Assembly: GCA_002269645.1 (NCBI GenBank)
Contig: NIVC01000362.1
Span: 124,001-188,000 of the forward strand
DNA from: Macrostomum lignano
Taxonomy: Eukaryota
Length of the DNA stretch: 64,000 nt
Direction of reading: 5' to 3'
Shown here one piece after another: positions 13,101 to 25,569 of the stretch (positions are counted from its first letter, which is position 1; each line of letters begins with the position of its first letter). The translations under genes and the position numbers were made by a program. The notes under the pieces are model-generated. The model was not told the origin of the DNA and ran no database searches. It saw nothing but the letters and a program-made list of their open reading frames with translations.

Positions 13101-16100
13101 ATGTTAAGAACTGCCGAGTCGGAGTCGCTACTAAGCTATCAGTGCGAGCAATGCCAGCCAAGGCCCGTGAACGTCTCTAGGGCGATGCGACTGCAGACTA
13201 GAAAGTTGGATAAGCTGCGCGAAATTCGCAGCCAAGCTGGACTCGGTGAGTTGCCTAAGATTCTTCTTTTAGAAGAAAAGGTGCTCAAGTTTCTTCCTTA
13301 CTAAGCCAAGACCCTAGAAGCATCGCTGAGATTTCTCTGAAACTCCTTTTAAACTAATCTATAACTTATAATTTGAAGCATATTCATAAACAACCGTGAA
13401 ACGCCCTATAGACATTTACAAACAGCCCCCAAAACACCCTATAACTATTAATAAAAAGCCCCGAAAAACTATAAAATAGCTCGTCAAGATCCGCCTGAAA
13501 CACTTCAAACAGTCTGAAACACAACATAAAAACACTGAACTATCTGAAACACATCATAAGCACTCCACACAGTCTGAAACACACCATAAACACTCTATAA
13601 AATGTCTAAAACACAACATATTAAACACTAAAGACTGTCTGAAACACACCATAAGCACATTCCAAATAGTCTGACACAGCATAAACACACTAAAAGCAGC
13701 CTGAAACACTTGTCTATATTTGTCCAATTTCAAAATTCATAACATTCCAGCGCCTAAAGCTAGTCCGTCTCTTTCAACAAAGAAGACAGCAGCTCAGGCC
13801 GCTATTTGTTCAACTCGTCAGCCAATCGCGGCGGCAAAATATCGCGAAGCTCGCGAGCCAGTCTACTCTGATCAGTTTAATCGCAGATTTGCTCGCCTCA
13901 TGCTAGCATTGTACGGCTCGGCTAATGCCAGCGTGCCATTGCGGCAGCAGGATGATAGCTGCGCCAGCGACTATAGAGAGGATCCTACTGAACTGCTACT
14001 GGCACAGCGTTGTCGGGTTGTACAGCCGGGCAGATTGGAAGCCACTCTAAGCCTGTCGCCAGGCGATCCAGTTATCGAATATCGCGGCCGCGTCTGCCTA
14101 CCGGAAGAACTTCCGTCGTCGTGTCTAGGCAGTAGATTTGTACTTTATTACGCCGGTTTCGATTCGAATTGTTGGACAGCGACTCAAACTGAGTCGAACT
14201 CTGTATCCAATTTGCCATTGGTTGCTATAGACGCTAGTAGCCTTGGCAACGATGCTAGATATGTTAGACGATCGTGCAGACCGAACTGTTCGGTCCAGCA
14301 TCTGGTATTGGACGGCCGGCCGCATCTAGTACTAATAGCCAATGAAAGGCTAAGACCCGGAGACGAATTAACGTTACCATTCGATTTCGACTATCAATTG
14401 CGTAAAAGTCCAGTAGCGTGCGCCTGTTCCAGACCGCACACGTGTCCTGTTAGACTGTTCTTTCAACGATTGCAGCAACACAGCGCCGCAGCTGCTGTTG
14501 TTGAACAAGATTCTCAACCGGACGATGACGACGGTGATGAAGAGGGGGACAATCAGTCGGTGTCTTCGACAACGTCAATTTCAACTGCAAATCGTTCGTC
14601 TGCTACTGAAGCTTCCCGGTCTAGCGTTGCCGGGGCGTTTGACGATTTAATTGGCGATATACACGCGTCGGCTAGTAAGAAACGGGCTGCGGCTGGTGCC
14701 GCTTTTAAAAAGCCCGGGTCTGGAGGGAAAAGTCGGGTAAGTCATGTTATTGGATATTCCACTCATACTGCATAGACACCTGATAAGCTCACAACTTTAC
14801 TAACACCCTTCATTTCTTGAGCTTTAATCTACTCACTCAAAATGCTCAAATTGGTCATTAACCTACCCGCTCGGGATACTCAAATTGGTCATTAACCTAC
14901 TCACTCGGGATACTCAAGTTGGTAATTAATCTATTTACTCAGGATGCTCCAATAGGTCATTAACCTACTCACTCGGGATACTCAAATCGGTTATTAACCT
15001 ACCCGCTCTGAATACCCAGATTTGTCATTAACCTACCCGCTCGGGATAGTCAAGTTGGTTATTAACCTATTCACTCGGGATACTCAAATTGGTCATTAAC
15101 CTACTCACTTAAGTACTCCAGTGAGTCATACATATTTGACATATTCTATGGTCTTCGATCTTGTCCTTCTATCCATTTGTATATATTACCCTGTCAACTG
15201 TATAAATTCCCACTGACAGACTCCGCTGTTGAATATTGATTTGCAGAAGGCCAATCGCAGCATATCCTTTGATACGCCAGCCTCAACCTCAACCAAAGTG
15301 CACAATCGTCAGAATTCTCAGCCTGAGAAAAAGACAAAGAAAAGTACCTCAACAACAGCTGTAAGTCGTTATTCTTAGGTTATAGAAAGCTTTAACAAAT
15401 ATCGATGGTCTTAAGTCTGTTTGATGCGTGCAAAATTGCTCAGAAATATTCAACTACTTTGTAGTAGTATATGTAGCATTTAGTCATAGCCAAATAGGTG
15501 AGAGAACTACAGTACTTCCTACTTGTTAAACCATATTCGCATGTTCATATCAAGGCTCGCAGCATCTCAGTTGACCAAGCCAACGATGCAGCAGCAGCAG
15601 CCTCACCAACTACTGCTGATGCTCAGCAACAGGGCTCGTCTAATTTGGTGAGTTTAATGTAAATACATTAAAATATAGCTAACAATAAATTGTTACATCG
15701 CTTTTGACAACTTATTCGAATGGCGATATTGTTTGTTGGCATTTCGTCAGCAATCTCTACTGTCGCTGTTTCGCGTTTGTTTAAAAAGCAACATAAAAAG
15801 GCAAACGTGCTAAGATAGTCTTTACCAATCGTTGTTGTCCTATACGCTATAAGCTTTCATACAACAAGCGAATGACAGACTTTCACATTTTTATGCCTTT
15901 TCTGGTATCATAAACGTTTAGGTTTTCTATATGCATTGTACCTGCATTTCAATGGCCCCGATTCTTCAGTGGTTAGCTACAATCGGATGTACAGATCTAG
16001 ACTCTAATGAATAAATATGCAACCTAAAGTACAAATATGCACCCTAAAGTATATGTATAACCGTAAAAGTACAAATATGCACCCTAAAGTATATGTATAA

Positions 16101-19100
16101 CCGTAAAAGTACAAATATGCACCCTAAAGTATATGTATAACCGTAAAGTACAAATATGCACCCTAAAGTATATGTATAACCGTAAAGTACAAATATTCAC
16201 CCTAAAGTATATGTATAACCGTAAAGTACAAATATGCACCCTTAAGTATAGGTATACACCGTAAGTACAAATATGCACCCCAAAGTACAGGCATACAGCC
16301 TTAAGTACAAATGTGCTCCCTAAAGTCATGTATGCTCCCTAAAGTACAGATATACACACTAAAGTACAAACATACACAAGTATACATCCCTGAGATGCGC
16401 CCTAATGTACACTCTAACCCTAGTTGGCAACTACCGTACTAGCTTGAATCTAGCAACAATCTTACTCAGAGCAATTTTGTCAATTTTAATCCCAAATCAT
16501 TCCTCACTCAGGACCGGGAGGAGCGCTGGATGCAGGCCATGCTGAAGCGCATCGAGACCATGGAGAAGCGTCAGCGTGCAGCCAAGCGCCAACGACAGAG
16601 AAGCAGCGAGCAGAAGCAATCACAGTCTGCTTCGTCGCCTTCGGTATCTGTAGATACTGAAGAGGCCAAGGAAACTCTTGCTGCCGAAGAAGAAGAAAAT
16701 TGTTCGAATAAAGCTGCCGCAGCCGCCGACACGCAGTCGAAGCCTGAAGATGCTGCTGCAGCGGCTACGGTGCCAAAAGAGTCGCCGAAGTCGAAGACAA
16801 CGCCAACAAAGCATTCGGCTGGCAGCGGCGGTCAGCCAAGTCGCAAGCCGAAAAAAGAAGAAATCAGTTTTGACGAATTTGTTGAGAAATCTTCGCCGCA
16901 TTCTCCGGCTGATGGAGATGCAGCTGAACAAACTGAATTATCGACCATGGCAACGCCATCAAAGCGGCCGAAGAATGCTGGTGCCGCTTCATCCAATTCG
17001 TCGCCATTGAAATCGCCGCAGCCGCAGCAGCCTCAGTCGGCAACTTCAACGGCAGAATCTGCGGCTGAATCTCGGGAAGACCGCCTATTGCAGATGTACA
17101 TCAAGCGTATCGAACAGATGGAACGTCGCGCGGGCGCTTCTTCGTCGAGGAAGCGACAGAAGTCGTCAACTGGAGAAGGCGCAGCCAGTTCCACCTCGCC
17201 GTCGCCAAAGAAGCCCCGACCAACTGCTGACAATGCCCAGAATTCCCAACCTTCTCAACAGAGAAAGCAGCGCGACTCCACTAACGGAGCTGGCGACCAA
17301 GCCGATGACGACAATTCGTCTTTAAGCTCGTCGGATGACGATTCCATGAACTTTCTTGACGACGATTTGATTGCTAGAGAGAGGCGAGAACGCCGGGAGG
17401 CGAGGAAATCGCCAAGGCACCGGGTGTTCCATTCGCCGCCTCCTCAGCAGTCTCAGCAGGCGGCTAAATCTTCCATGTTGTCGTCATCAGCCATGACTGC
17501 CGCAAGCAGTAGGTCGCCTATGAAAACGCCGACTCGTTCAGCCGCTGAAGAGGCATTGGTGTCTGTAAGTTTACAAGTAGATGGAAATTATTTTCCTTGT
17601 TGCGTACTAAGATACCATTTTATATTCCAATTTAATCTTGCCAGCGAAAATCTTCACTTTAAATATCAGGGCCTGAACGCTTTAGAGTCCATTCCTGCAC
17701 GTTTAGAGTCTATTCATGCACGCTTTAGAGTCCATTCCTGCACGCTTTAGAGTCCATTCCTGCACGCTTTAGAGTCCATTCCTGCACACTTTAGAGTCCA
17801 TTCCTGCACGCTTTAGAGTCCATTCCTGCACACTTTAGAGTCCATTCCTGCACGCTTTAGAGTCCATTCCTGCACGTTTAGAGTCCATTCATGCACGTTT
17901 AGAGTCCATTCATGCACGCTTTAGAGTCCATTCCTGCACGTTTAGAGTCCATTCACGCACGTTTAGAGTCCATTCACGCACGTTTAGAGTCCATTCATGC
18001 ACACTTTAGAGATCATTCATGCACGCTTTAGAGTCCATTCATGCACACTTTAGAGATTATTCATGCACGCTTTAGAGTCCATTCATGCACACTTTAGAGA
18101 TTATTCATGCACGCTTTAGAGTCCATTCATGCACGTTTAGATTCCATTCATGCACACTTTAGAGATCATTCATGCACGCTTTAGAGTCCATTCATGCACA
18201 CTTTAGAGATTATTCATGCACGCTTTAGAGTCCATTCATGCACGTTTAGAGTCCATTCATGCACACTTTAGATTCCATTCATGCACACTTTAGAGATCAT
18301 TCATGCACGCTTTAGAGTCCATTCATGCACGTTTAGAGTCCATTCATGCACACTTTAGAGTCCATTCCTGCACGCTTTAGAGTTCATTCCTGCACACTTA
18401 GAATACATTCCTGCACTCTAAGAGTACATTCCTGCACAATTTAGAGTCCATTTATGTACACATACACGGTGTGTCCACGGTGACTGCGCACGGTAAGAGC
18501 GCAGTTTTAAAGATGATTAGACTGGTTAGTGTGCAGAAATTATTCTTTAGGTTAAGCAAAGTTGGCCGCGGTTAGTACGCGGTTAGTCACCTAATTGAAG
18601 ACAGTCACCGTGCATTTAACTAGGTAATAATGCAAACTATAATAATTTTTACAGTCATTCGCCGCGCCAGCTAAAGAGCCGTCAGCTGACGAGCCGCAGT
18701 GCGATCGGATTATCTACACAGAAGATTGCGTTGATCCATTTGCTAAGCATATGCGAAGGCAAGCGTCTGAGCCGGCCAGTAGTTCAATGGATTTGCAGAC
18801 ATCGTCATCTTCCATTGCATCCTCGGCCGCTGCCACCGCTACCACAACGTCAACATCCGCTAAGAAACGTTGGCTATCCAAAGCTATTAGAGATTATAGC
18901 GAGGAGGCTGGGGTATCTTCATCTATCAATAATAATAATACAAATACTCTGAGCTTATCTCCGACCATGCCGCCGCCTCCTCCGCCGACGCAGCCGCCTG
19001 CATTGACTTCGCCCGAAGAGATGCCGTTGAAAAAGCGACTAAGGGCTGTCCATTCTTGCGAAGAAGCTTCATCAGTGACAGCCGCGGAATCTAATCAAGT

Positions 19101-21494
19101 TCAAGCGCAGTCGGTTGTATTTTCACCAACATCTAGCGCCAACCAGTTTATTCAGAACCAACCTAGTAGCTTTGTTGACAATCAAACTGATTTGCAACTG
19201 TCAACTGGGGACAAGTCAACGGTTGCTATGGTAAGTTTTGCTTCTTTAATGTATTTGGCGGGGTTGGCCCTCATGGCTGCGAGTCGCATGACAACCCCCT
19301 AGTCCAGCTTCTCAGGCCCACCTTCAACCCTTACCTGAGATCTTACTAATACTATTCGTCATGTGTCTCTGAATGTGTATTCAAATAATCCATAATTGCG
19401 CTGACTTAAGGCCAGTTCACATTACCGCATTCTGTTATACGTCAGGTGTTCCGATGTACATCCACTGTCGTTGTAGCCCCTCTCTCTCACACACTAAATA
19501 AGCCTGACGATGCCTAGAGCTAGGCGAAGCATTCGGATGCGGCGAGGAGGCGTTGCCCCCTATTTTGCTAACCCCTAGCAACCACGGGCTGCTGATCCGA
19601 TGGTGCCAGTGTCCGCAGCGCGGACCCCCTCTGGAGAGTCCAGGAAGTGGATGGTCGCTCGCCCGGTAGCCCTTAGGTAGCGGACGAGCTGGCAGAGATT
19701 CTCGGGCCTGAGGCGAAGCATGTCGTATTATTAATAATGCTCGCTGTGTCTTTCTTTGTCATTGCCGCCAATAATCTCAAAAGCGACTTCTACTTCAATA
19801 TGCATAACTGAGGACATCAATGATTATTTTAGGACGAGAAGACCGACTCCTCTGCTCCGATTGTTGATGACCAGCCAGCGGACGTTGCTGCGGGCCAGCA
19901 GCAGCCGCCATCGCCGCCGCCACCTCCGCCCATGCCTTCGTTGCCTCCTCCGCTGCCGCCGTTGCCGCCACTGCCTGCTCTGGCTTCGCCTGGCAGCCTG
20001 CCGCCGCCGTCCTCGTTGCTGCAGTCGCCGCCGCCGCCGTCCTCGTTGCTGCAGTCGCCGCCGCTGCCTCTGCCGACACAGCCGCCGTTGCTGCCGCCGC
20101 CGCCTTCGCAGCCAACTTCGCTGCAGCTGACTGACGAAGCTGGCGAAGGTTCAGCCGGTCAGCCAACCAGCGTAGGCGGAGGCCAACCTCGAACGCCTTG
20201 CAGTTCACCGCCTCCAGCTGTTGATCCCGCTGCTACTGCTACTACTGCTGCAGATAATAAAGTAGTAGATAATGCAAACGACTCCGAAATTAAAGTTGAT
20301 AATAGTGCAAATCTAAGTAGCTGCGATAAGGAGGAACAGCTATATGAAACCGAAGTATTAGATGAAATTATTGACAAAGAAGACGAATATTACAACGTTG
20401 ATGATCGCGACGATAATTCTTGGTCGGCCAATCGGCCGAAAACGCCGGACACGGAGCCGCCCGACGATGAAGACCAATCAGCGGCAGCCGCCGAAGTCGA
20501 AGCCGCCAGCGCGTCGTCTATTAACGCTGAAGACACGGTTAGAGAGATATTGAAACGCGATCAAGAGATTCGCGATATGCAAGAATTAGCGGCTTTAGAG
20601 CGTCGGAAAACCAAGCTGATGTATCAGCTTAGGTATGTCGAACGGCAGAACAAGCCGACGCGACATCACAGCGGCAGCGGCGGCAGCGGCGAGGCCGCCT
20701 CGAGTTCAACAAGTCGACGAGTGCAAGTTGTGCAACCGCTGCAGCAGCAGCAACAGTCGGCAAAGCAGAAGCAACAACTGCCCTCCTCTTCTGCTGCTGC
20801 TGCTTCGGCGGCTGCTTCCACTACTCGAGCTAAGCAGCCTCCGTCAAATTTAGGCGACCTTCAGCAGATGCTAATGAGCACAATTAACAAGTTAAACAAA
20901 CAGCTGCACGCTGTCGTTGCTAGCGGAAGCGGTGCGGCCGCTTCGAGTCGCTCTGCTGCTTCCGGTGCCGCTACGTCCGGCACTGCTGCTGCTGCTGCTG
21001 CTTCGAATGCTCCGTCTACTAGCGAGGCTGAGAAGCCTACTGGCAGTGGCGCAGCTCAAAAATCTACTGGTGAGCTCAGTTTCAACTATTGTTTAACCAT
21101 GACTGTCTCGATTTAAAAAACCCGCTGCTTAAGCTCAGGCCAGTTGATCAGTTGCCTGACCAGCCTCCCAGATCCTCAGTTGCTTGACCAGCCTCCCAGA
21201 TCCTCAGTTGCTGGGCCAGCTTCCAGATCCTCAGTTGCTGGGCCAGCCTCCCAGATCCTCAGTTACTTGACCAGCCTCCCAGATCCTCAGTTACTTGACC
21301 AGCCTCCCAGATCCTCAGTTGCGGGGCCATCGCCGCCACCCTTCCAGACCCTATCAAATCTAACCAACAAGACTAGGCCATTCCTTTATCCAATTCCAGG
21401 CGGTCAGTCGCACAGCAAAGCCTTCCCAGTTCGCGGCTACTCAGGCATCAGTCGCGACGAAACGAAGGCTCGGCCTCGTATGCCGCCGCAGTGA
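10146..21494 (+). CDS. PHD finger + catalytically atypical SET domain protein (KMT2E/MLL5-SETD5-UpSET family), 9 coding exons
   Basis: Exons with GT-AG and consistent phase: 10146-11233, 13076-13245, 13751-14736, 15247-15360, 15555-15647, 16512-17564, 18655-19230, 19833-21069, 21400-21494. Splicing rebuilds the PHD (RCICQYSHDDGNCVQCVACHVWQHVDC..YQCEQCQPR). SET core GNDARYVRRSCRPN...ELTLPFDFDY is typical of this family. AATAAA at about 21558. Confidence 0.88.
11321..12810. repeat. 20-bp minisatellite (GTGTCCCTTGAGTAGCTCAG)n in intron 1 of the SET gene
   Basis: About 74 contiguous units with recurring variants. Confidence 0.97.
13500..13710. repeat. Degenerate tandem repeat (CTGAAACACACCATAAACA-like)
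   Basis: Several diverged units in intron 2. Confidence 0.6.
14830..15120. repeat. About 41-bp minisatellite (..CTCGGGATACTCAAATTGGTCATTAACCTAC..)
   Basis: About 7 units in intron 3. Confidence 0.85.
16025..16370. repeat. 39-40-bp minisatellite (AAAGTACAAATATGCACCCTAAAGTATATGTATAACCGT)
   Basis: Tandem units in intron 5, degenerating at the 3' end. Confidence 0.9.
17680..18450. repeat. 21-22-bp minisatellite (TTTAGAGTCCATTCATGCACGC)
   Basis: About 35 units in intron 6. Confidence 0.95.
21145..21320. repeat. 28-bp minisatellite (GTTGCTGGGCCAGCCTCCCAGATCCTCA)
   Basis: About 6 units in the last intron of the SET gene. Same family as 24425-25070. Confidence 0.9.
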
Positions 21495-22204
21495 GCGAAA
21501 TCCCTGTGCGTCATTGCCCACCCGTTGTGAAGCCATTATTGTTCGAGTATGTAGAGTAAATAAAAATACTATTTGCGTTTTTATTGTGCTGCTTATGGTT
21601 AAAACATGACTTCGCGGTAGCGCTTGAATGCAGCATACGCCTCGCCTGTACAATGTACATTCTGGTTTTGATCCTCTGTCCCTCCGTCTCACACTACTGT
21701 TTATTTCGCGTGAAACTACATGTACAGTTATATAAGTTATAATTAATTCTTTTGAATCATTCTCCATAACAAGCTTCATTAATTAGCATTAACTATGAGT
21801 GAATCCCGTGTACCAGATGTACGTATAAATTCAATAAATTTATTTACACATTTGCTAGGATGCACAGTAAATATATAGTGGCAGCTATGCGAGCGGTTTG
21901 TTTTCAACAATTGTATAATTAATATGTAATGAATAAATAAATTTTATAGTAAGGATATTAATCGGTTAAACCACACCAGCTGTTTCTAATAGGGAATTTT
22001 TTTAGTTTTCTGTTGCGAACATAACATATTTATGATTATATTTATAAACTTACCACACGTAACTCACTGCTTTGTAATTACTTAATTAATTAAATAAACT
22101 AATTGTAAAATTTAATTTGTTTCCTTATTTGTAAATTGTCCTCATTTGTCCTCATCCTGTGCTTTCTTTTTGCATTTTTATACATCTGCTTAGCTAGTTA
22201 TATC

Positions 22205-22690
22205 TTATTCAGTGTCTATCTGTCTACTGGTTATGTCTCTCACCCAGTGTCTATCTGTCTACTGGTTATATCTCTCACCCAGTGTCAATCTCTACTAGTT
22301 ATATCTCACCCGTGTCTGTCTTTCTTTACTGGTTATATCTGTCACTCAGTGTCTATCTCTACTAGTTATATCTCTCACTCAGTGTCTATCTCTACTAGTT
22401 ATATCTCTCACTCAGTGTCTATCTCTACTAGTTATATCTCTCACTCAGTGTCTATCTCTATTGGTTACATCTCACCCAGTGTCTATCTGTCTACTGGTTA
22501 TATCTCTCACCCAGTGTCTATCTGTCTACTGGTTATATCTCTCACCCAGTGTCTATCTGTCTACTGGTTATATCTCTCACCCAGTAGCTATCTCTACTGG
22601 TTATATCTCTCACCCAGTGTCTATCTGTCTACTGGTTATATCTCTCACTCAGTTCCTCTGTCTCTACTGGTTATATCTCTCACCCAGTGT
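22205..22690. repeat. Minisatellite (CTACTGGTTATATCTCTCACCCAGTGTCTATCTGT, 31-35 bp)
   Basis: Tandem units between the SET gene and the MAPEG-like gene. Confidence 0.9.
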
Positions 22691-23123
22691 AATTAGGACT
22701 GTATGTAGTTTCTTTTCAATGTTGTTTTAACTAACTACTCAAGGTAGTTTATATATATATTTGTGCAGTGCAGTGCACAGTTGAGACTCTTGATAGGTCA
22801 TTGCTCAGCCACTCCCCTCCCCCCCCATCCGACTCATTCATCTTTCTATTTGACGCGAGTCAGCCCTTTCATGGCATTTCTCTTACCCAATTTCGTAGGG
22901 GTATAGCTATTCCATTCTTCTTCTTGTTATCTGCGTTCTTTTTATTTTTTAAAAAGCAGCCTTTCGTTTGCACGTACAAGCTACGTTTCTCTGAGGAAAA
23001 TAGGGTGTGTCAGTTGATCAATTCAACGTCAACTATTTGTCATCCATACTACTGCGATTCTATGTACTATAACTAGGAGCGTATTATTTTAATTTTCATA
23101 TTTACATGTCTTAGCCTGACGCA

Positions 23124-24322
23124 ATGATTGGCCTACCGCGTCACTACGGCTGCGTGATTGCAGTTGGTAGCGCTGGTGTCCTGGTTAATATCGGGCTAGC
23201 AGCTGCTGTTGTTGCCGCTAGGTGAGTTAATAGTATAGAGTACATTTTTATTTGCTATATTTAGTTCAAGTCTTATAATGCATTTCATTTTGGACATCCC
23301 TTAATTGTGGGTGGATCGCGTGTGCAGCTTTCTTCCAGACCTTTTCTTTGATTCCCAGATCCTCATGTTGACCTCATGTTTCATTGGTTCCCAGATCCTC
23401 ATAATGACCCATTGATTCTTAGATCCTCGTGTTGACCTCATGTTTCATTGGTTCCCAGATCCTCACAATGATCCATTGATTCCCAGATCCTCATGTTGAC
23501 CCTTCCATTGGTTCCCAGATCCTCATAATGACCGTTCCATTGGTTCCCAGATCCTCATAATGATCCATTGATTCCTAGATCCTCATGTTGACCTTTTCAT
23601 TGGTTCCCAGATCCTCATAATGACCCATTGATTCCCAGATCCTCATGTTGACTTCATGTTTCATTGGTTCCCAGATCCTCATAATGACCGTTCCATTGGT
23701 TCCCAGATCCTCATATTGACCCATTGATTCCCAGATCCTCATGTTGACCTTTCCATTGGTTCCCAGATCCTCATAATGACCGTTCCATTGGTTCCAAGAT
23801 CCTCATATTGACCCATTGATTCCCAGATCCTCATGTTAACCTCATGTTTCATTGGTTCCCAGATCCTCATGTTGACCTTTCCATTGGTTCCCAGAATCCC
23901 AGATCCTCATGTTGACGTTATTATCATTAGTACTTTGTTTGCATTTCAGACGCAGACACCAAATAAAATTCCCCAATATGCACCAGCCGGATGCTCCCGA
24001 CTTCAACTGGGCTGTTCAGGTGCACCTGGACTATTCTAGCGAGGCGGCATTTTTCTATTTCACTTTGCTGACTGGCGGCCTCGACTCTCCTCGACTGGCT
24101 GCTTTGGCTGGGCTGGCATTTCTACTAAGTCGGTCTGTTGCTAGGCAGCAGGCTGCTGCTCGCGCCCGTACCGCACAGGCCGTTGGCAAGAGAGAACAAG
24201 TTTTTTCTCAAAATTTTTCAGCCGAGTTAGGCACTGGCGAATGGTCGCAGTTTAGCTGGATTACATTTGGGATTATGCTGTATACTTCCTGCGCCTCTGC
24301 CGTGTCCCTGCTGCGCCAGTAA
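23124..24322 (+). CDS. Divergent MAPEG (MGST3-like) paralog, 2 exons (23124-23221, 23950-24322), 156 aa
   Basis: Spliced protein MIGLPRHYGCVIAVG...AAR/RRHQIKFPNMHQPDAPDFNWAVQVHLDYSSEAAFFYFTLLTGG aligns with the neighbouring MGST3-like gene (LPKDYGWVV...[13 protein letters not shown]...[26 protein letters not shown]). Phase-2 GT-AG intron. Confidence 0.75.
23350..23915. repeat. Minisatellite (CATTGGTTCCCAGATCCTCATGTTGACC-like)
   Basis: About 19 variant units filling the intron of the divergent MAPEG gene. Confidence 0.9.
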
Positions 24323-24424
24323 CCACTTGCTTACTGCATGACCAGCTTCGCTTTTAGCGCGGCTACGTCTATGGATATCCATGGCTCAGTGTTGTGTGGC
24401 ATTATCTGCGCCATTTGGAAGTCG

Positions 24425-25070
24425 CTGGGCCAGCCTCCCATATCCTCAGTTTCTGGGCCAGCCTCCCATATTCTCAGTTGCTGAGCCAGCCTCCCAGAGT
24501 GTCAGTCGCTGGGCCAGCCTCCCAGATCTCCAGTGGCTGAGCCAGCCTCCCAGATCTCCAGTTGCTGGGCCAGCCTCCCAGATCTCCAGTTGCTGAGCCA
24601 GCCTAGCAGATCTCCAGTGGCTGAGCCAGCCTCCCAGATCTCCAGTTGCTGAGCCAGCCTAGCAGATCTCCAGTTGCTGAGCCAGCCTCCCAGATCCCCA
24701 GTTGCTGAGCCAGCCTTCCAGAGTTGTTGGGCCAGCCTCCCAGATCCTCAGTTGCTGTTGCTGGGCCAGCCTCCCAGATCTTCAGTTGCTGTTGCTGGGC
24801 CAGCCTCCCAGATCCTCAGTTGCTGTTGCTGGGCCAGCCTCCCAGATCCTCAGTTGCTGTTGCTGGGCCAGCCTCCCAGATCCTCAGTTGCTGTTGCTGG
24901 GCCAGCCTCCCAGATCCTCAGTTGCTGTTGCTGGGCCAGCCTCCCAGATCCTCAGTTGCTGTTGCTGGGCCAGCCTCCCAGATCCTCAGTTGCTGTTGCT
25001 GGGCCAGCCTCCCAGATCCTCAGTTGCTGTTGCTGGGCCAGCCTCCCAGATCCTCAGTTGCTGGGCCAGC
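24425..25070. repeat. 28/34-bp minisatellite (GTTGCT[GTTGCT]GGGCCAGCCTCCCAGATCCTCA)
   Basis: 28-bp units change to homogeneous 34-bp units after about 24730. The ORFs here are repeat artefacts. Confidence 0.95.
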
Positions 25071-25569
25071 GCTACACTTTGATAGGCTTTGATAAAATTG
25101 TCATGCAGGCAATGCTTCTCAAATGACCAAAATATTACTAACTCATCATACGCGTGTTAGCCTAGATTACAAGAACTGAACTCAGTGAAACAATGTTTTT
25201 CTTACAGATGCTTTGTTTAGCTAGCTTTTGAAATGAAAACAGTACGTAGTCTTGAGGTTTTTGCCCAAACCAATAATTCTAGTCTTAAATTTTCTCATTT
25301 CACTCTTGATGCCCAAATTCGTATTCCTAATTTGCTACTGCGTTACGGTGTCTTAAGTAGTATTACCAGCTTTTAAACTGAATTTATTTTGTTAAACTAG
25401 CTTGAATATTATTTGCTAAGTCATTGATGCTGTTGTTAATCAGACTAAAATTCTTTTGATAATGTTATCTTTATACCAAGCTTTTCTACTATGTTGTAAG
25501 TTCTTGCCTATTTAACTTACCCTACCTTAATTACTTTCAGCTTTTTCATAAGCTGTTAATAAAGCCCAG

